Part shown: positions 40,730 through 50,071 of the stretch, one piece after another
How positions within the stretch are numbered: position 1 is the first letter of the stretch
Layout: each line of letters begins with the position of its first letter
Assembly: GCA_963674695.2 (NCBI GenBank)
Contig: CAXXGI010000002.1
Span: forward strand, 843,406 to 907,405
DNA from: a bacterium
GTDB taxonomy: Bacteria; UBA10199; 2-02-FULL-44-16; JAAZCA01
Direction: 5' to 3'
Length of the DNA: 64,000 nt
Notes under the pieces: model-generated
The model's database searches: none
Told to the model about the DNA's origin: nothing
What the model saw: the letters and a program-made list of their open reading frames with translations, nothing else
Translations under genes and position numbers: made by a program

Positions 40730-40867
40730 GGTGATCTCCTTTGTTGAAGTTAGCTCATACGTGAAACCGTCTCATGCCAGAAATAAGCCTTCAGGGCAAG
40801 CTCTTATAGCGCATTATCCTGCGATTTGCGCCTTGACTTCATGCGGTCCGCGAAGAAGAAATGCGGT

Positions 40868-43800
40868 ATGCACAAAACGCTCAAGCAGCGCCGTCTCGAT
40901 GAAATGCGCCTGGATCCAGGACGTGGGGGGTGTGGGATCCTCGCGCTGGCGGAGCTCGTGGAAGGGCCTTCGCATGGGCTCCTTCGGGATGCGATCGCAG
41001 GTCTTTCGCGCCTTGAACACCGGGGCGGAACCCTCGATGGGATGGGCGATGGTGCTGGGCTTCTTCTCAAGGTGGAACGGAGCTTTTTTGAGCGGTTTTT
41101 GCCCTCGGAGCGCGTTCGTCTCGATCCCAAAGAACCCCTCATCGTCGGGACGGTCTTCTTCCTCCATGGCGAGCGCAATGTCCCCCAGTTGCAGCGGGAG
41201 ATCGATCTGATCCTCCGCCGCGAGGGACTCCGGCCCCTCGGGTGGCGTGCGGTGCCCACAGATCTTTCGGTCCTGGGAACAAAGGCGCGCGAGGATGCGC
41301 CGTTGATCCATCAGCTCTTTGTGGCCAAGGGGCATCGTCGTGAGGTACAGCTCTTCGAGGCCCTGCATCGCGTGAAGGTGGTCATCGAGGCGGAATTGCC
41401 TGGACTGCTCAACGTCGTTTCGCTGGCGCCGAAGACGACGGTCTATAAGGCCTTGGCCTCGGCCGATCAGCTCGCAGATTTCTATCTCGATTTTAAGGAT
41501 CCGGCTTTTGTCACATCCGCGGTCATTGCCCATCGGCGTTTTTCGACCAATACCTTTACCAACTGGAATTTGATCCAGCCCTTCCGGAATATCGCCCATA
41601 ACGGTGAGATCAACACGATCACGGCGAACTGCCGCGCCATCTCCGATGCGGACAGCGCGCTCAGCATTGGCAGTACGCTCATGAACCATGGCAGCGATTC
41701 CGCCCAGGTCGATCGCGTGGTGGAGATGATGTCCGCAAATGGGATGACGGGCATGCATGAGGCGCTCAGGCGTATGATCCCCCCCGCCTGGACCGAGGAT
41801 GTCGTCGATGGGAAGGAACGGCGTTTTTTCGAGGCCAATCGGCGCGCGCTCGGAACGATAGGTGCGTGGGAAGGCCCCATCGCCATCGTCGGAACGGATG
41901 GTCTGCGGGTGGTCGCCATCCTCGATCGCATGGGGTTGCGCCCCTTGCGCTATCTGAAGACGGCACGCGGTCGTGTGATCGTTGCGAGCGAAATGGGCGT
42001 CATCTCTCTGGGGGATGATGAGATCGTTCAGGACGGGCAGCTCGAGCCCGGCCAAATGCTCATCGCGGATCTCGGCGAGGGGGTGCTGGTTTCACCCGAG
42101 GCGACGACGCAGAGAATCATCGATCGTTCGCAGATGGATTTTCAAAATCTTTCGACCGTAGGGTTGATGCCGCTCAAGAGGGAGGAGTGGACGCAACCGC
42201 TGTCGATCGGAACGCTCAACGCATTTGGCTGGACCGAAGAGCGGGTGAAACACCTGCAGAAGATGCGGACGGGAGCGAAGGAACCGGTCTATGGTATGGG
42301 CAACGACAGCCCTCTGGCGATCTTCAGCGAGAACCATTCCCGACTCTACAGTTTTTTGCATCAGATCGTGGCCGTCGTTACCAACCCCCCGATCGATCCG
42401 CTGCGGGAGGGCGGTGCGATCGATACCACCGTCTACCTGGGGCGTTCGCCCCGCCTCACGAGAAAGAGCGACTACCAATCATGGCCACAATATGAGTTGA
42501 AACACCCGATCCTCACGAACGAGGAGCTCTCGGCGATCTGTTCGGTCCAGAGCGATGAGCTCAGAACCGTTCGGCTCGACGCCACCTTTTCGGATACGGG
42601 AAAATCGCGCGAGATCGTTCGGCGTATTCATGATCTCACCGACGAGGCGCTCACCGCCATACGCTCTCGCGATGCCTCGATTCTGGTCATCTCGGATATC
42701 GAGGCGATGCATGGAGAACGACTGCCCCTTCCGATGTTGCTCGTGGTGAGCGCGGTGCATCAGGCGTTGGCGGAAAAAGGGTTGCGGCGCGATGTGAGTA
42801 TCGTCGCCGAGGCGGGCGATCTGCATGAAGGACACGACTGTAGCATCCTGCTGGCCTACGGGGCGACGGCGATCAATCCCTATGCCATGCTCGGCCTGGC
42901 GCGCGCGGATTCCGGAATGGATCCGGATGTCGCTGTGAACAACGTTGTCGATGCCATCGTGTATACGCTCAAACGGGTGATGTCGAAGATGGGGATCACG
43001 ACGATTGCGGGCTATCGCGGTTCGGCACTCTTCGAGGCCGTCGGGATCTCATCGGACGTGGTGGAATACTTCATGCCGGATACGGTCTCGCGCCTCGGCG
43101 GGATGACGATGGATGATATCTATGCGAATGTGCGGGCCCGATTCTCCGGTGGCAATGATGTGCTCGCATGCAATCGAAACGTCACGGTCTTTCGGCGCGA
43201 GGTGACCGATGCCCTTCAGATGGTCGCGCGAAATGGGAATGCGAACGGGGATTATGATCGCTTCGTTTCGTTGCTCAAAGAGACCCCACCCATCTATCTG
43301 AGGGATATGCTCGAGTTCCGCAGCCGTGGAAATCCCGTCCCCCTGGATCGGGTGGCCGGGGCCGGCGAGATCATTCGCACGACCATTCGTGCGGCGGCGA
43401 TGTCCCATGGGGCGCTCAATGCGACCTCGCACCGGGCGATTGCAGCCGCATTCAATCGCTTCGATTCGCGCTCCTCTTCCGGTGAGGGGGGCGAGGATGA
43501 GCGGCGCGATCGCGGCGGGCCGTGGGAGGAGGATCGGAGTCGGATCCGTCAGATTGCATCGGGCCGCTTTGGCGTCGATGCGCGCTATCTTGCAGGGGCC
43601 GATGAGATCGAGATCAAGATCGGGCAGGGGGCTAAGCCCGGCGAGGGCGGTCACCTTCCGGGACATAAGGTGAATGAGGAGATCGCTCGCATACGGAAGA
43701 CGCGTCCCGGAATTGATCTCATCAGTCCGCCGCCGCACCACGATATCTATAGTATCGAAGACCTCAAACAGTTGATCACCAATCTTCGGGAGCTGCATCC

Positions 43801-45277
43801 GAAGGCCATCATCTCGGTCAAGGTGCCAAGCGTGACGGGTCTCGGGACGATCGGCGTTGGCATCGTCAAGGCCGGCGCGGATGTCATTGTGGTGAGCGGG
43901 TTCGAGGGGGGTACGGGAGCGGCCAGTTCGAGCAGTATCACGCATGCCGGCCTTCCGTTGGATCGGGGCTTGAGCGAATTGCATCAGCACCTGGTGGTGA
44001 GTGGTGTGCGCTCACGCGTTCGCGTTCGGGCCGACGGAGGCATCAAGAGCGGATTGGATGTGGCCAAGGTGCTCGCCCTGGGTGCGGATGAGGTTTCGAT
44101 CGGGACGCCGCTGCTCATCGCGGAGCGGTGCATCTTTTGCCGCGGATGCAGCAAGGGCCAGTGCCCGGTCGGTATCGCGACGCACGACGAGGCCCGGCAA
44201 AATGAGTTGTTCATGCGCCGCAATATGAATGGGTGTGATGGCCATCGCGATCCGGGACGGGCCCGATACGAGGAGGCCCGGGACGGCGTGATCAACTATC
44301 TCGAGTCTTTGGCCGAGGAGGTCCGGCGCATCGTGGCGGGTCTCGGCTTCGAGGATCCCTCGCAACTGGTCGGCCGGGTGGATCTCCTGCAACAGGTCAC
44401 ATCGGGCAATCCGCGATGGGATCGCATCGATCTGTCCGAGCTCCTCATCGATTTTCGCTCCGACACGGGAAGCACCGGAGGAACGATTCAACGTCCGTCG
44501 GGGAAGGCATCGGCGTTGAACGAGACTCTTGTTCGAGCCGCACGCGATGCGAGCGAAAAGGAAGACCATCGTGTGGAAATTGCGCTCGCCGTCACCAATA
44601 GCGACCATGCCATCGGTGCGACGTTGGCCGGCGAGATCGCCACGAACGCGGGACGCTATGAGGGGAAGCGTTTCGAGATTCGTGCGGAAGGGAATGCCGG
44701 CCAGGGGTTTGGTTTTGGTGCCGTCGCAGGGATGTCTTTGCGGCTTTCAGGATATGCCAACGATGGTGTCGGCGAATCGATGGGGGGTGGGGCGCGCATT
44801 ATCGTCACACCGCCGCACATGCGAATGGATGCAGCGCCCTCTCATCTCGTCGGAAACGCGGCGGCCTACGGGGCGACGGGGGGTCGACTCTCCATCGCGG
44901 GAAAGGCGGGCCAGCGTTTTGGCGTGCGCAATTCTGGGGCGATCCTTATCTGCGAAGGCGTTGGAAAGTATGCCTTTGAATATATGACGGGCGGCGTCGG
45001 TATCGTTTTGGGCAGCTGTGGTCCCTGCATCGGCTCGGGGATGACCGGCGGTGAACTCTTTCTCTACCGGCCCGAAGGCGATGCGCGCTTTCCGATCCAC
45101 ACGGATATGATTGTCGAAGATCTTTCTCCGAGCGACGCTGATTCCCTCCGGGAGATGCTGGGCGATTTCTTTGAGGAGACCAAGAGTCCGCAGGCATCTG
45201 CGATTCTCACGAACTGGTCGGAAGCCGTGAGTTCCTTTGTCCGCCTTTGCCCGCGCGTCGTTGAGGGGAAGGGCTGA
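40868..45277 (+). CDS. gltB: Glutamate synthase large subunit
   Basis: Ntn Cys CGI, EHRGG, HRRFSTNT, AHNGEINT, VTNPPIDPLRE, QIASGRFGV, IKIGQGAKPGEGGHLP, SPPPHHDIYSIEDL, RFGVRNSGA. Confidence 0.95.
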   Translation: MHKTLKQRRLDEMRLDPGRGGCGILALAELVEGPSHGLLRDAIAGLSRLEHRGGTLDGMGDGAGLLLKVERSFFERFLPSERVRLDPKEPLIVGTVFFLHGERNVPQLQREIDLILRREGLRPLGWRAVPTDLSVLGTKAREDAPLIHQLFVAKGHRREVQLFEALHRVKVVIEAELPGLLNVVSLAPKTTVYKALASADQLADFYLDFKDPAFVTSAVIAHRRFSTNTFTNWNLIQPFRNIAHNGEINTITANCRAISDADSALSIGSTLMNHGSDSAQVDRVVEMMSANGMTGMHEALRRMIPPAWTEDVVDGKERRFFEANRRALGTIGAWEGPIAIVGTDGLRVVAILDRMGLRPLRYLKTARGRVIVASEMGVISLGDDEIVQDGQLEPGQMLIADLGEGVLVSPEATTQRIIDRSQMDFQNLSTVGLMPLKREEWTQPLSIGTLNAFGWTEERVKHLQKMRTGAKEPVYGMGNDSPLAIFSENHSRLYSFLHQIVAVVTNPPIDPLREGGAIDTTVYLGRSPRLTRKSDYQSWPQYELKHPILTNEELSAICSVQSDELRTVRLDATFSDTGKSREIVRRIHDLTDEALTAIRSRDASILVISDIEAMHGERLPLPMLLVVSAVHQALAEKGLRRDVSIVAEAGDLHEGHDCSILLAYGATAINPYAMLGLARADSGMDPDVAVNNVVDAIVYTLKRVMSKMGITTIAGYRGSALFEAVGISSDVVEYFMPDTVSRLGGMTMDDIYANVRARFSGGNDVLACNRNVTVFRREVTDALQMVARNGNANGDYDRFVSLLKETPPIYLRDMLEFRSRGNPVPLDRVAGAGEIIRTTIRAAAMSHGALNATSHRAIAAAFNRFDSRSSSGEGGEDERRDRGGPWEEDRSRIRQIASGRFGVDARYLAGADEIEIKIGQGAKPGEGGHLPGHKVNEEIARIRKTRPGIDLISPPPHHDIYSIEDLKQLITNLRELHPKAIISVKVPSVTGLGTIGVGIVKAGADVIVVSGFEGGTGAASSSSITHAGLPLDRGLSELHQHLVVSGVRSRVRVRADGGIKSGLDVAKVLALGADEVSIGTPLLIAERCIFCRGCSKGQCPVGIATHDEARQNELFMRRNMNGCDGHRDPGRARYEEARDGVINYLESLAEEVRRIVAGLGFEDPSQLVGRVDLLQQVTSGNPRWDRIDLSELLIDFRSDTGSTGGTIQRPSGKASALNETLVRAARDASEKEDHRVEIALAVTNSDHAIGATLAGEIATNAGRYEGKRFEIRAEGNAGQGFGFGAVAGMSLRLSGYANDGVGESMGGGARIIVTPPHMRMDAAPSHLVGNAAAYGATGGRLSIAGKAGQRFGVRNSGAILICEGVGKYAFEYMTGGVGIVLGSCGPCIGSGMTGGELFLYRPEGDARFPIHTDMIVEDLSPSDADSLREMLGDFFEETKSPQASAILTNWSEAVSSFVRLCPRVVEGKG

Positions 45278-45300
45278 AGTCTTTTGAAGGGGGATGGAAT

Positions 45301-45927
45301 ATGAATGACGCAACCTTCTACATCAAGGCTTTCATCACGCTCCTGGTCCTGGTCAACCCCCTGGAGGGGATGCCGGTCTTCCTCTCGGGCACGCAGCACG
45401 CCGATTCGGAACTGCGCCGCATTATCGTTCGACGGACCCCCATCGCCATCGTTACCATCCTGGTGCTCTCCCTCTTCTTGGGGGATGCCTTGCTCAAGCT
45501 CTTTGGCATCAGTCCCGGGGCCTTCCAGGCTGGGGGCGGCGCTATCCTCTTTCTCATTGCCGTGAAGATGATCCTGGGTTCGGGCGGAGAGGCCTTCGAG
45601 AAGATGGGCGGCGGTCAGATCACAGCTGCCTTTGCCGTCGTGCCGATGGCTATTCCGATCATGGCCGGTCCCGGCGCCATCAACGGTGCTGTCCTCTATG
45701 GGACGCGCGCGCATTCATTTGTGGAGATGGGGATCCTGGCTGGAGTTATCGTCGTGGTTGGGGCGGTGAGCTATCTCATGCTGCGGGCGGCAACGCCGAT
45801 TGCGCGCTATCTCAAGACCACGGGGATCAGCATCGCCACGCGCATCATGGGGCTTATCATCGCGGCCATCGCTGTCGAGATGATCGCTCACGGTATCTCA
45901 TCGATGTTTCACCTGCACGCCTTCTGA
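45301..45927 (+). CDS. MarC family membrane protein
   Basis: LVNPL, FQAGGGAILF, VPMAIPIMAGPGAI, TRIMGLIIAAIAVEM. Confidence 0.92.
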   Translation: MNDATFYIKAFITLLVLVNPLEGMPVFLSGTQHADSELRRIIVRRTPIAIVTILVLSLFLGDALLKLFGISPGAFQAGGGAILFLIAVKMILGSGGEAFEKMGGGQITAAFAVVPMAIPIMAGPGAINGAVLYGTRAHSFVEMGILAGVIVVVGAVSYLMLRAATPIARYLKTTGISIATRIMGLIIAAIAVEMIAHGISSMFHLHAF

Positions 45928-47670
45928 TCAGTCGTTCCGCTCGATTCCAACGACGCGCAGCGTTTCATCCTCCGCCTTCTGGATCGAGAGGTCGATCGCT
46001 GGCATCGGCCAGCGATGTCCCTCCTGAAAGGTCTCCAGACGCAGGACCACGATGCGCTCCGTGGAGAGCGCGTCGATCACAGCGTTTTCGATGAGCACGC
46101 TCGTGCCGACGAAATCCTTCCACGGAGTGAGTTCGGCGGTCGCCATCCGCGTTTGAAGGCGGAAGCGATAGCGCCGATGCTCAAGCGTGGTGAAGCCATA
46201 GTGCACGGCCAGGTCGTCGAAGGTGAGCAGCATGCCCTTATCGGTTTGTTGAAGGGTAAAGGCGTCGAGTGGATTGAGCTGTGCAAACCAGTAGAGGCCG
46301 ATCTGGTTGCGGCGCTCGATGAGTTGAGCCGTGATATAGCGTTCGAGCGGTTTGTCGGGAAAAGCCGCGAGCTGCACGATCTTCGTGATCGTCTCGTCGC
46401 TCAAGCGCATGATGATGCGGGCCGCCCAGAAGGCATCCCGGCCGGTCATGTCGACAAATGCCTCGTTGGGCAGTTGTACGTTCCATTTTTCGGGGTTGAA
46501 TCGGCAGGTGGGGAGAAAGGCATATCCCTCAAAGCGATCGTCGCAGTCAGCTGCTTGTGCGGGGGGTTTGTAGAAGCCAAAGGTCAGCATCGCGGCGGTA
46601 GCCCCTCCGACACCGTAGTTCAGATCTGCGTCGCGTGTTTTTTCTTCCTGCTCCTTGGCACTCTTCGATTTCCCAAAATCCTCGGTCAGCTCCCAGGGAT
46701 TGCCGAACGCCGTGGAGAGGTCGAAGAGGTTGTGCCGCACATAACCTTTTGGGGAGTTCGTGGTGACGAATGTGTCGAGCGTTCCGCTGTCGCGTATCTC
46801 GGTATTGTTGATGAGTGCAGAGAAGATGCGGTAGCCGCGCAGGACTCGCCGGTATTGGTGCGGGATCCGATCGTTCGTATCCTGATAGCGCGTTCCGGAG
46901 AAGGAGAAGGGGCCGAGCGGTTCGCCCACAGGAGCGAGGGTGGCCAGCGCTCTCACGCTCGTTCGCCCCCCCATTTGAATCCGGTCGAGGATGTACTGGA
47001 AATCCTGCTGCGTCAAGGGACGCTCGACCGCGTATTTTCCCCGGGTGACGGCATGCCCTCCCAGGGCCAGTCGATCGGCTTTGAGCTCGATCACATAGCT
47101 GGGGGCGACGTTATAGCCGATCTCCTTGAGCAGCAGACTCGCGATCAGCTCGCCGCCGGTGGCGATGCCGGGGAAGCCCGGAGGATCGAACGTGAGGATG
47201 TAACGGCGGCCGACGGCATCCTCGACGTAGAGCCGAGGTACTTTTCCCAGCGTCATGGCGCTCAGGATCGTGAGCGGACCCGTCGCCTCGGGGGCCATCT
47301 TCGGATCGAAGGGTTGTGCCATCGCTTTGGCGGAAAGAGCAAATCGTCCGATTCTATTGGTGAACCAGGTGGAATCAGGGACTTCGTCGAAGTTGTCGAT
47401 GTCGAAGGCCTCCTCTTTTCCGCCGGGGATGATCTTCTCCTGGAGGCTCGCAATGTTGTCCACGGCACCCATGGCCTGGTTCCAGCCCTCATAGACATAA
47501 CTATAGGCCGAATCCGTGGGTTCATAGCGGCGGCGTGTTTCAGGCTTGGCGATCGGTGTTCGGTCGTTGTCGCGAAGCCACATGACGGGGGGATAGCGCA
47601 GCCCCGTCTTCGGCGCGCAGGCGGCCAGAGCTGATGCGAGAAGAATGATTGTCAGGATGCGTTTCATCAT
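45928..47670 (-). CDS. Omp85-associated lipoprotein with a putative degenerate kinase-like fold
   Basis: Lipobox LAAC. DEVPDSTWFTNR, D..GRRYIL.FD, ELIAS...GYNV, RR.LRG, RDAFWAARI. Confidence 0.75.
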   Translation of the reverse strand: MMKRILTIILLASALAACAPKTGLRYPPVMWLRDNDRTPIAKPETRRRYEPTDSAYSYVYEGWNQAMGAVDNIASLQEKIIPGGKEEAFDIDNFDEVPDSTWFTNRIGRFALSAKAMAQPFDPKMAPEATGPLTILSAMTLGKVPRLYVEDAVGRRYILTFDPPGFPGIATGGELIASLLLKEIGYNVAPSYVIELKADRLALGGHAVTRGKYAVERPLTQQDFQYILDRIQMGGRTSVRALATLAPVGEPLGPFSFSGTRYQDTNDRIPHQYRRVLRGYRIFSALINNTEIRDSGTLDTFVTTNSPKGYVRHNLFDLSTAFGNPWELTEDFGKSKSAKEQEEKTRDADLNYGVGGATAAMLTFGFYKPPAQAADCDDRFEGYAFLPTCRFNPEKWNVQLPNEAFVDMTGRDAFWAARIIMRLSDETITKIVQLAAFPDKPLERYITAQLIERRNQIGLYWFAQLNPLDAFTLQQTDKGMLLTFDDLAVHYGFTTLEHRRYRFRLQTRMATAELTPWKDFVGTSVLIENAVIDALSTERIVVLRLETFQEGHRWPMPAIDLSIQKAEDETLRVVGIERND

Positions 47671-47678
47671 GAGTGCTT

Positions 47679-48995
47679 TTACCCCTGCTTCGTGATGCCA
47701 AAGAGAATGTTGACCCCTTCGCCACCGTAGGCGGCACGAAATCGGAAGAGGATGACTTTCTTCAGGTCGATGTCAAATCCGCCGCCGGCGGAATACTTCA
47801 GCCGATTGAAACTGAAATGCTGTATGTCGGGAAAGACACGACCTCCGTCGAAGAAGACGATTCCGCGCATCATCGTCCATATCGGATACCAGTATTCGAT
47901 ATTGACCAGCACGCTCGCGCGGTCGCGAAAACGTCCGCGTTTGAAGCCGCGCAGTGGAGAACTGGCATCGAGGGTTGAAAGCCGGAAGAAGGGGACCTGG
48001 TTGCTCCCCAGCTTCTGTTCGAACCGCCAGCCGTTGTGCAGCGCAAGTACGATTCCCGGGCGCCAGAGCTGGATATACTGATGGAAGTCGAAGGTGTATT
48101 CATTGTAGCTGAATTTCCCCCCCTGCACGGTCTGATACCGGTAGAAGTTGAAGCTGCGGGTGCCACCGTGTTCGGGAAAGATGTCGTCGTCGCGGGTGTC
48201 ATGACGTATGCCGAAGCCGAATTTGACGTAGGTCATGCGCTGGTCAAACCCGGGGATCTGCGCGGCCGGAAACGTGGTGTTGACGCTCGGTTTCCCCCCC
48301 TTGGTGCTCGCGCCCGTGTCCGCATGGATGATGCCCAGATGGGCGAGCATATCCAGATTCTTGATAATCGTGAAGTCAAAGCGCGTGCCGGCCTCGACAT
48401 TGGCGTACTGAAATTTCGATTGATTGCTGCGAACGCTGTTGTTTCCCAGTCCGTAGTAGTCCTGATCGAGCTGGCGCTTCCAGTCGGCCTCGACGGTATA
48501 GGCCACCGGATTGCCCGAGATCGAAAAGGCATGTTTCTTCTCCAACGTTGCGTTCAAACGCTGGTTGAGCTGCGTGGTGATCGCATAGAAGGTGTTGAAG
48601 TCGAACCCCTTGTAAAAAAGGTTGGTGTCGCGCAGCCCCACGCCGCCGCCAAAGCCGGACCCGGCGCCGCCGCCAATAATCGGATAGATCCAGAGCGTCC
48701 GATCGTGGTTCGACATGGCATCGGCCATGCGCTCGATGGCGTGCTTCTCCTCCATCGCCTGAAAGATACCGCCGAGCGGCGAGGTGGCCACTTTGATCGC
48801 CAGGCCCGGAAGCTCGAGGGGAAAGCGGAGCGCGCGTTTCACATAGGAACTGGAGGGCACCGTGAAGGTCGCTTCCGGTTCTGTCGGTTCATCCGCGTTT
48901 TCCATCGTGGCCCCTGCTCCTGCGGGAACGGCCAGGAGTAAGAGGGCGATGAGGCTTGCCCACAACTGCTGTTGGATCCGATGGGAAATGGTCAT
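47679..48995 (-). CDS. BamA/TamA (Omp85) family beta-barrel without obvious POTRA domains
   Basis: YYGLGN, DTRD, LRGFKRGRFRD (VRGF-type loop 6), FFDGGRVF. Confidence 0.88.
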   Translation of the reverse strand: MTISHRIQQQLWASLIALLLLAVPAGAGATMENADEPTEPEATFTVPSSSYVKRALRFPLELPGLAIKVATSPLGGIFQAMEEKHAIERMADAMSNHDRTLWIYPIIGGGAGSGFGGGVGLRDTNLFYKGFDFNTFYAITTQLNQRLNATLEKKHAFSISGNPVAYTVEADWKRQLDQDYYGLGNNSVRSNQSKFQYANVEAGTRFDFTIIKNLDMLAHLGIIHADTGASTKGGKPSVNTTFPAAQIPGFDQRMTYVKFGFGIRHDTRDDDIFPEHGGTRSFNFYRYQTVQGGKFSYNEYTFDFHQYIQLWRPGIVLALHNGWRFEQKLGSNQVPFFRLSTLDASSPLRGFKRGRFRDRASVLVNIEYWYPIWTMMRGIVFFDGGRVFPDIQHFSFNRLKYSAGGGFDIDLKKVILFRFRAAYGGEGVNILFGITKQG

Positions 48996-49007
48996 GTGCC
49001 GCTATTC

Positions 49008-50051
49008 CTATACATTCAAGGCAATGCTCAGGCCGATGATGAAGGCCAAGGGAAAGACGATCCGGGAGACGCGATCGATGCGTTTGGCCAGCTCCACATG
49101 CCCGAGCTGATGGATCCTCGAGGTGAAGACCACCTGGGCGAGCGTTAAAAAAACGAGAATCGTTCCGACCAGGATGAACTGGTCGATGCGTGTCATGTAC
49201 GGGACGCGGGGAACCTGCGAATCGATGGCGAATCGATAGGCGATCAGCGTCAGCATCGAGGTCGTGGCCACCGCGATCTGCGTTCCGGCGTTCGACGGAT
49301 CGATCCAGAAGACGCTCCAGCTCATGATGACGATGAGCAGGAGCGGCAGGATCACCTTCCACACATAGTGCCAGCTGTCTCGTTTAGCCGTGAAGTCGAA
49401 GGCATATCCGGCGATCGGTGCTGTTGGCGCGGTTACATACGGGAGTGCTTTAGTGTCGATACCTTCGATCAGCCAGTCCGGAAGCGAGATATCAGCAGCA
49501 ATGCCCGCAGCCTTCGGAAGTCCCTCAGCGATAAAGCCTTCATCTCGAATGAATCGAATATTGTCCGGACTGTTGGTGGGAGAGACGAAGTGCAGACGGA
49601 AGACTTGCGTGTCGAAGGGGAATTTATTCAGGTTGAGCGGCTGGGAGAACGGACCGACGAAGCGCTGTCGGTAGATCACCGTTCCGTCCGGTTGGACCGT
49701 CAATATTTCCGGAAGCGTGCGGCGGACGATGCCGGACTCGTTGGCGATCTGGATCCGCGGATTCCAGATCTGTTCGATGTTGTAGATCTCGACGCCCGTG
49801 CGGTCGCCGGCCAGGCGAGGATCCTTCCACCGCAGGGCGACGAAGACGTTTGCGGCAAAGTTCTGGGACGAACTGTCGATACTGTCGATATCGAGAATCC
49901 AGACCAACGCGGAGACCTCTGTCGGTCCATCGGCGGCATTGGGGCGCGAGAGGCGCGCCATCGGCTGTGGCGCCGCTATGGCGATGATGGAGAAGAAGAG
50001 CGTGACGAGAAGGATGGGGATCATCACCAGCGAACGAAGTGTTGTTGTCAT
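49008..50051 (-). CDS. Prokaryotic pentameric ligand-gated ion channel (GLIC/ELIC family)
   Basis: WKDPRL, IWNPRI, Pro-loop FPFDTQ, then four TM helices (WKVILPLLLIV, TSMLTLIAY, PRVPYMTRID, RIVFP). Signal peptide. Confidence 0.92.
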   Translation of the reverse strand: MTTTLRSLVMIPILLVTLFFSIIAIAAPQPMARLSRPNAADGPTEVSALVWILDIDSIDSSSQNFAANVFVALRWKDPRLAGDRTGVEIYNIEQIWNPRIQIANESGIVRRTLPEILTVQPDGTVIYRQRFVGPFSQPLNLNKFPFDTQVFRLHFVSPTNSPDNIRFIRDEGFIAEGLPKAAGIAADISLPDWLIEGIDTKALPYVTAPTAPIAGYAFDFTAKRDSWHYVWKVILPLLLIVIMSWSVFWIDPSNAGTQIAVATTSMLTLIAYRFAIDSQVPRVPYMTRIDQFILVGTILVFLTLAQVVFTSRIHQLGHVELAKRIDRVSRIVFPLAFIIGLSIALNV

Positions 50052-50071
50052 GAACAATCTGCCTTTCCGGT

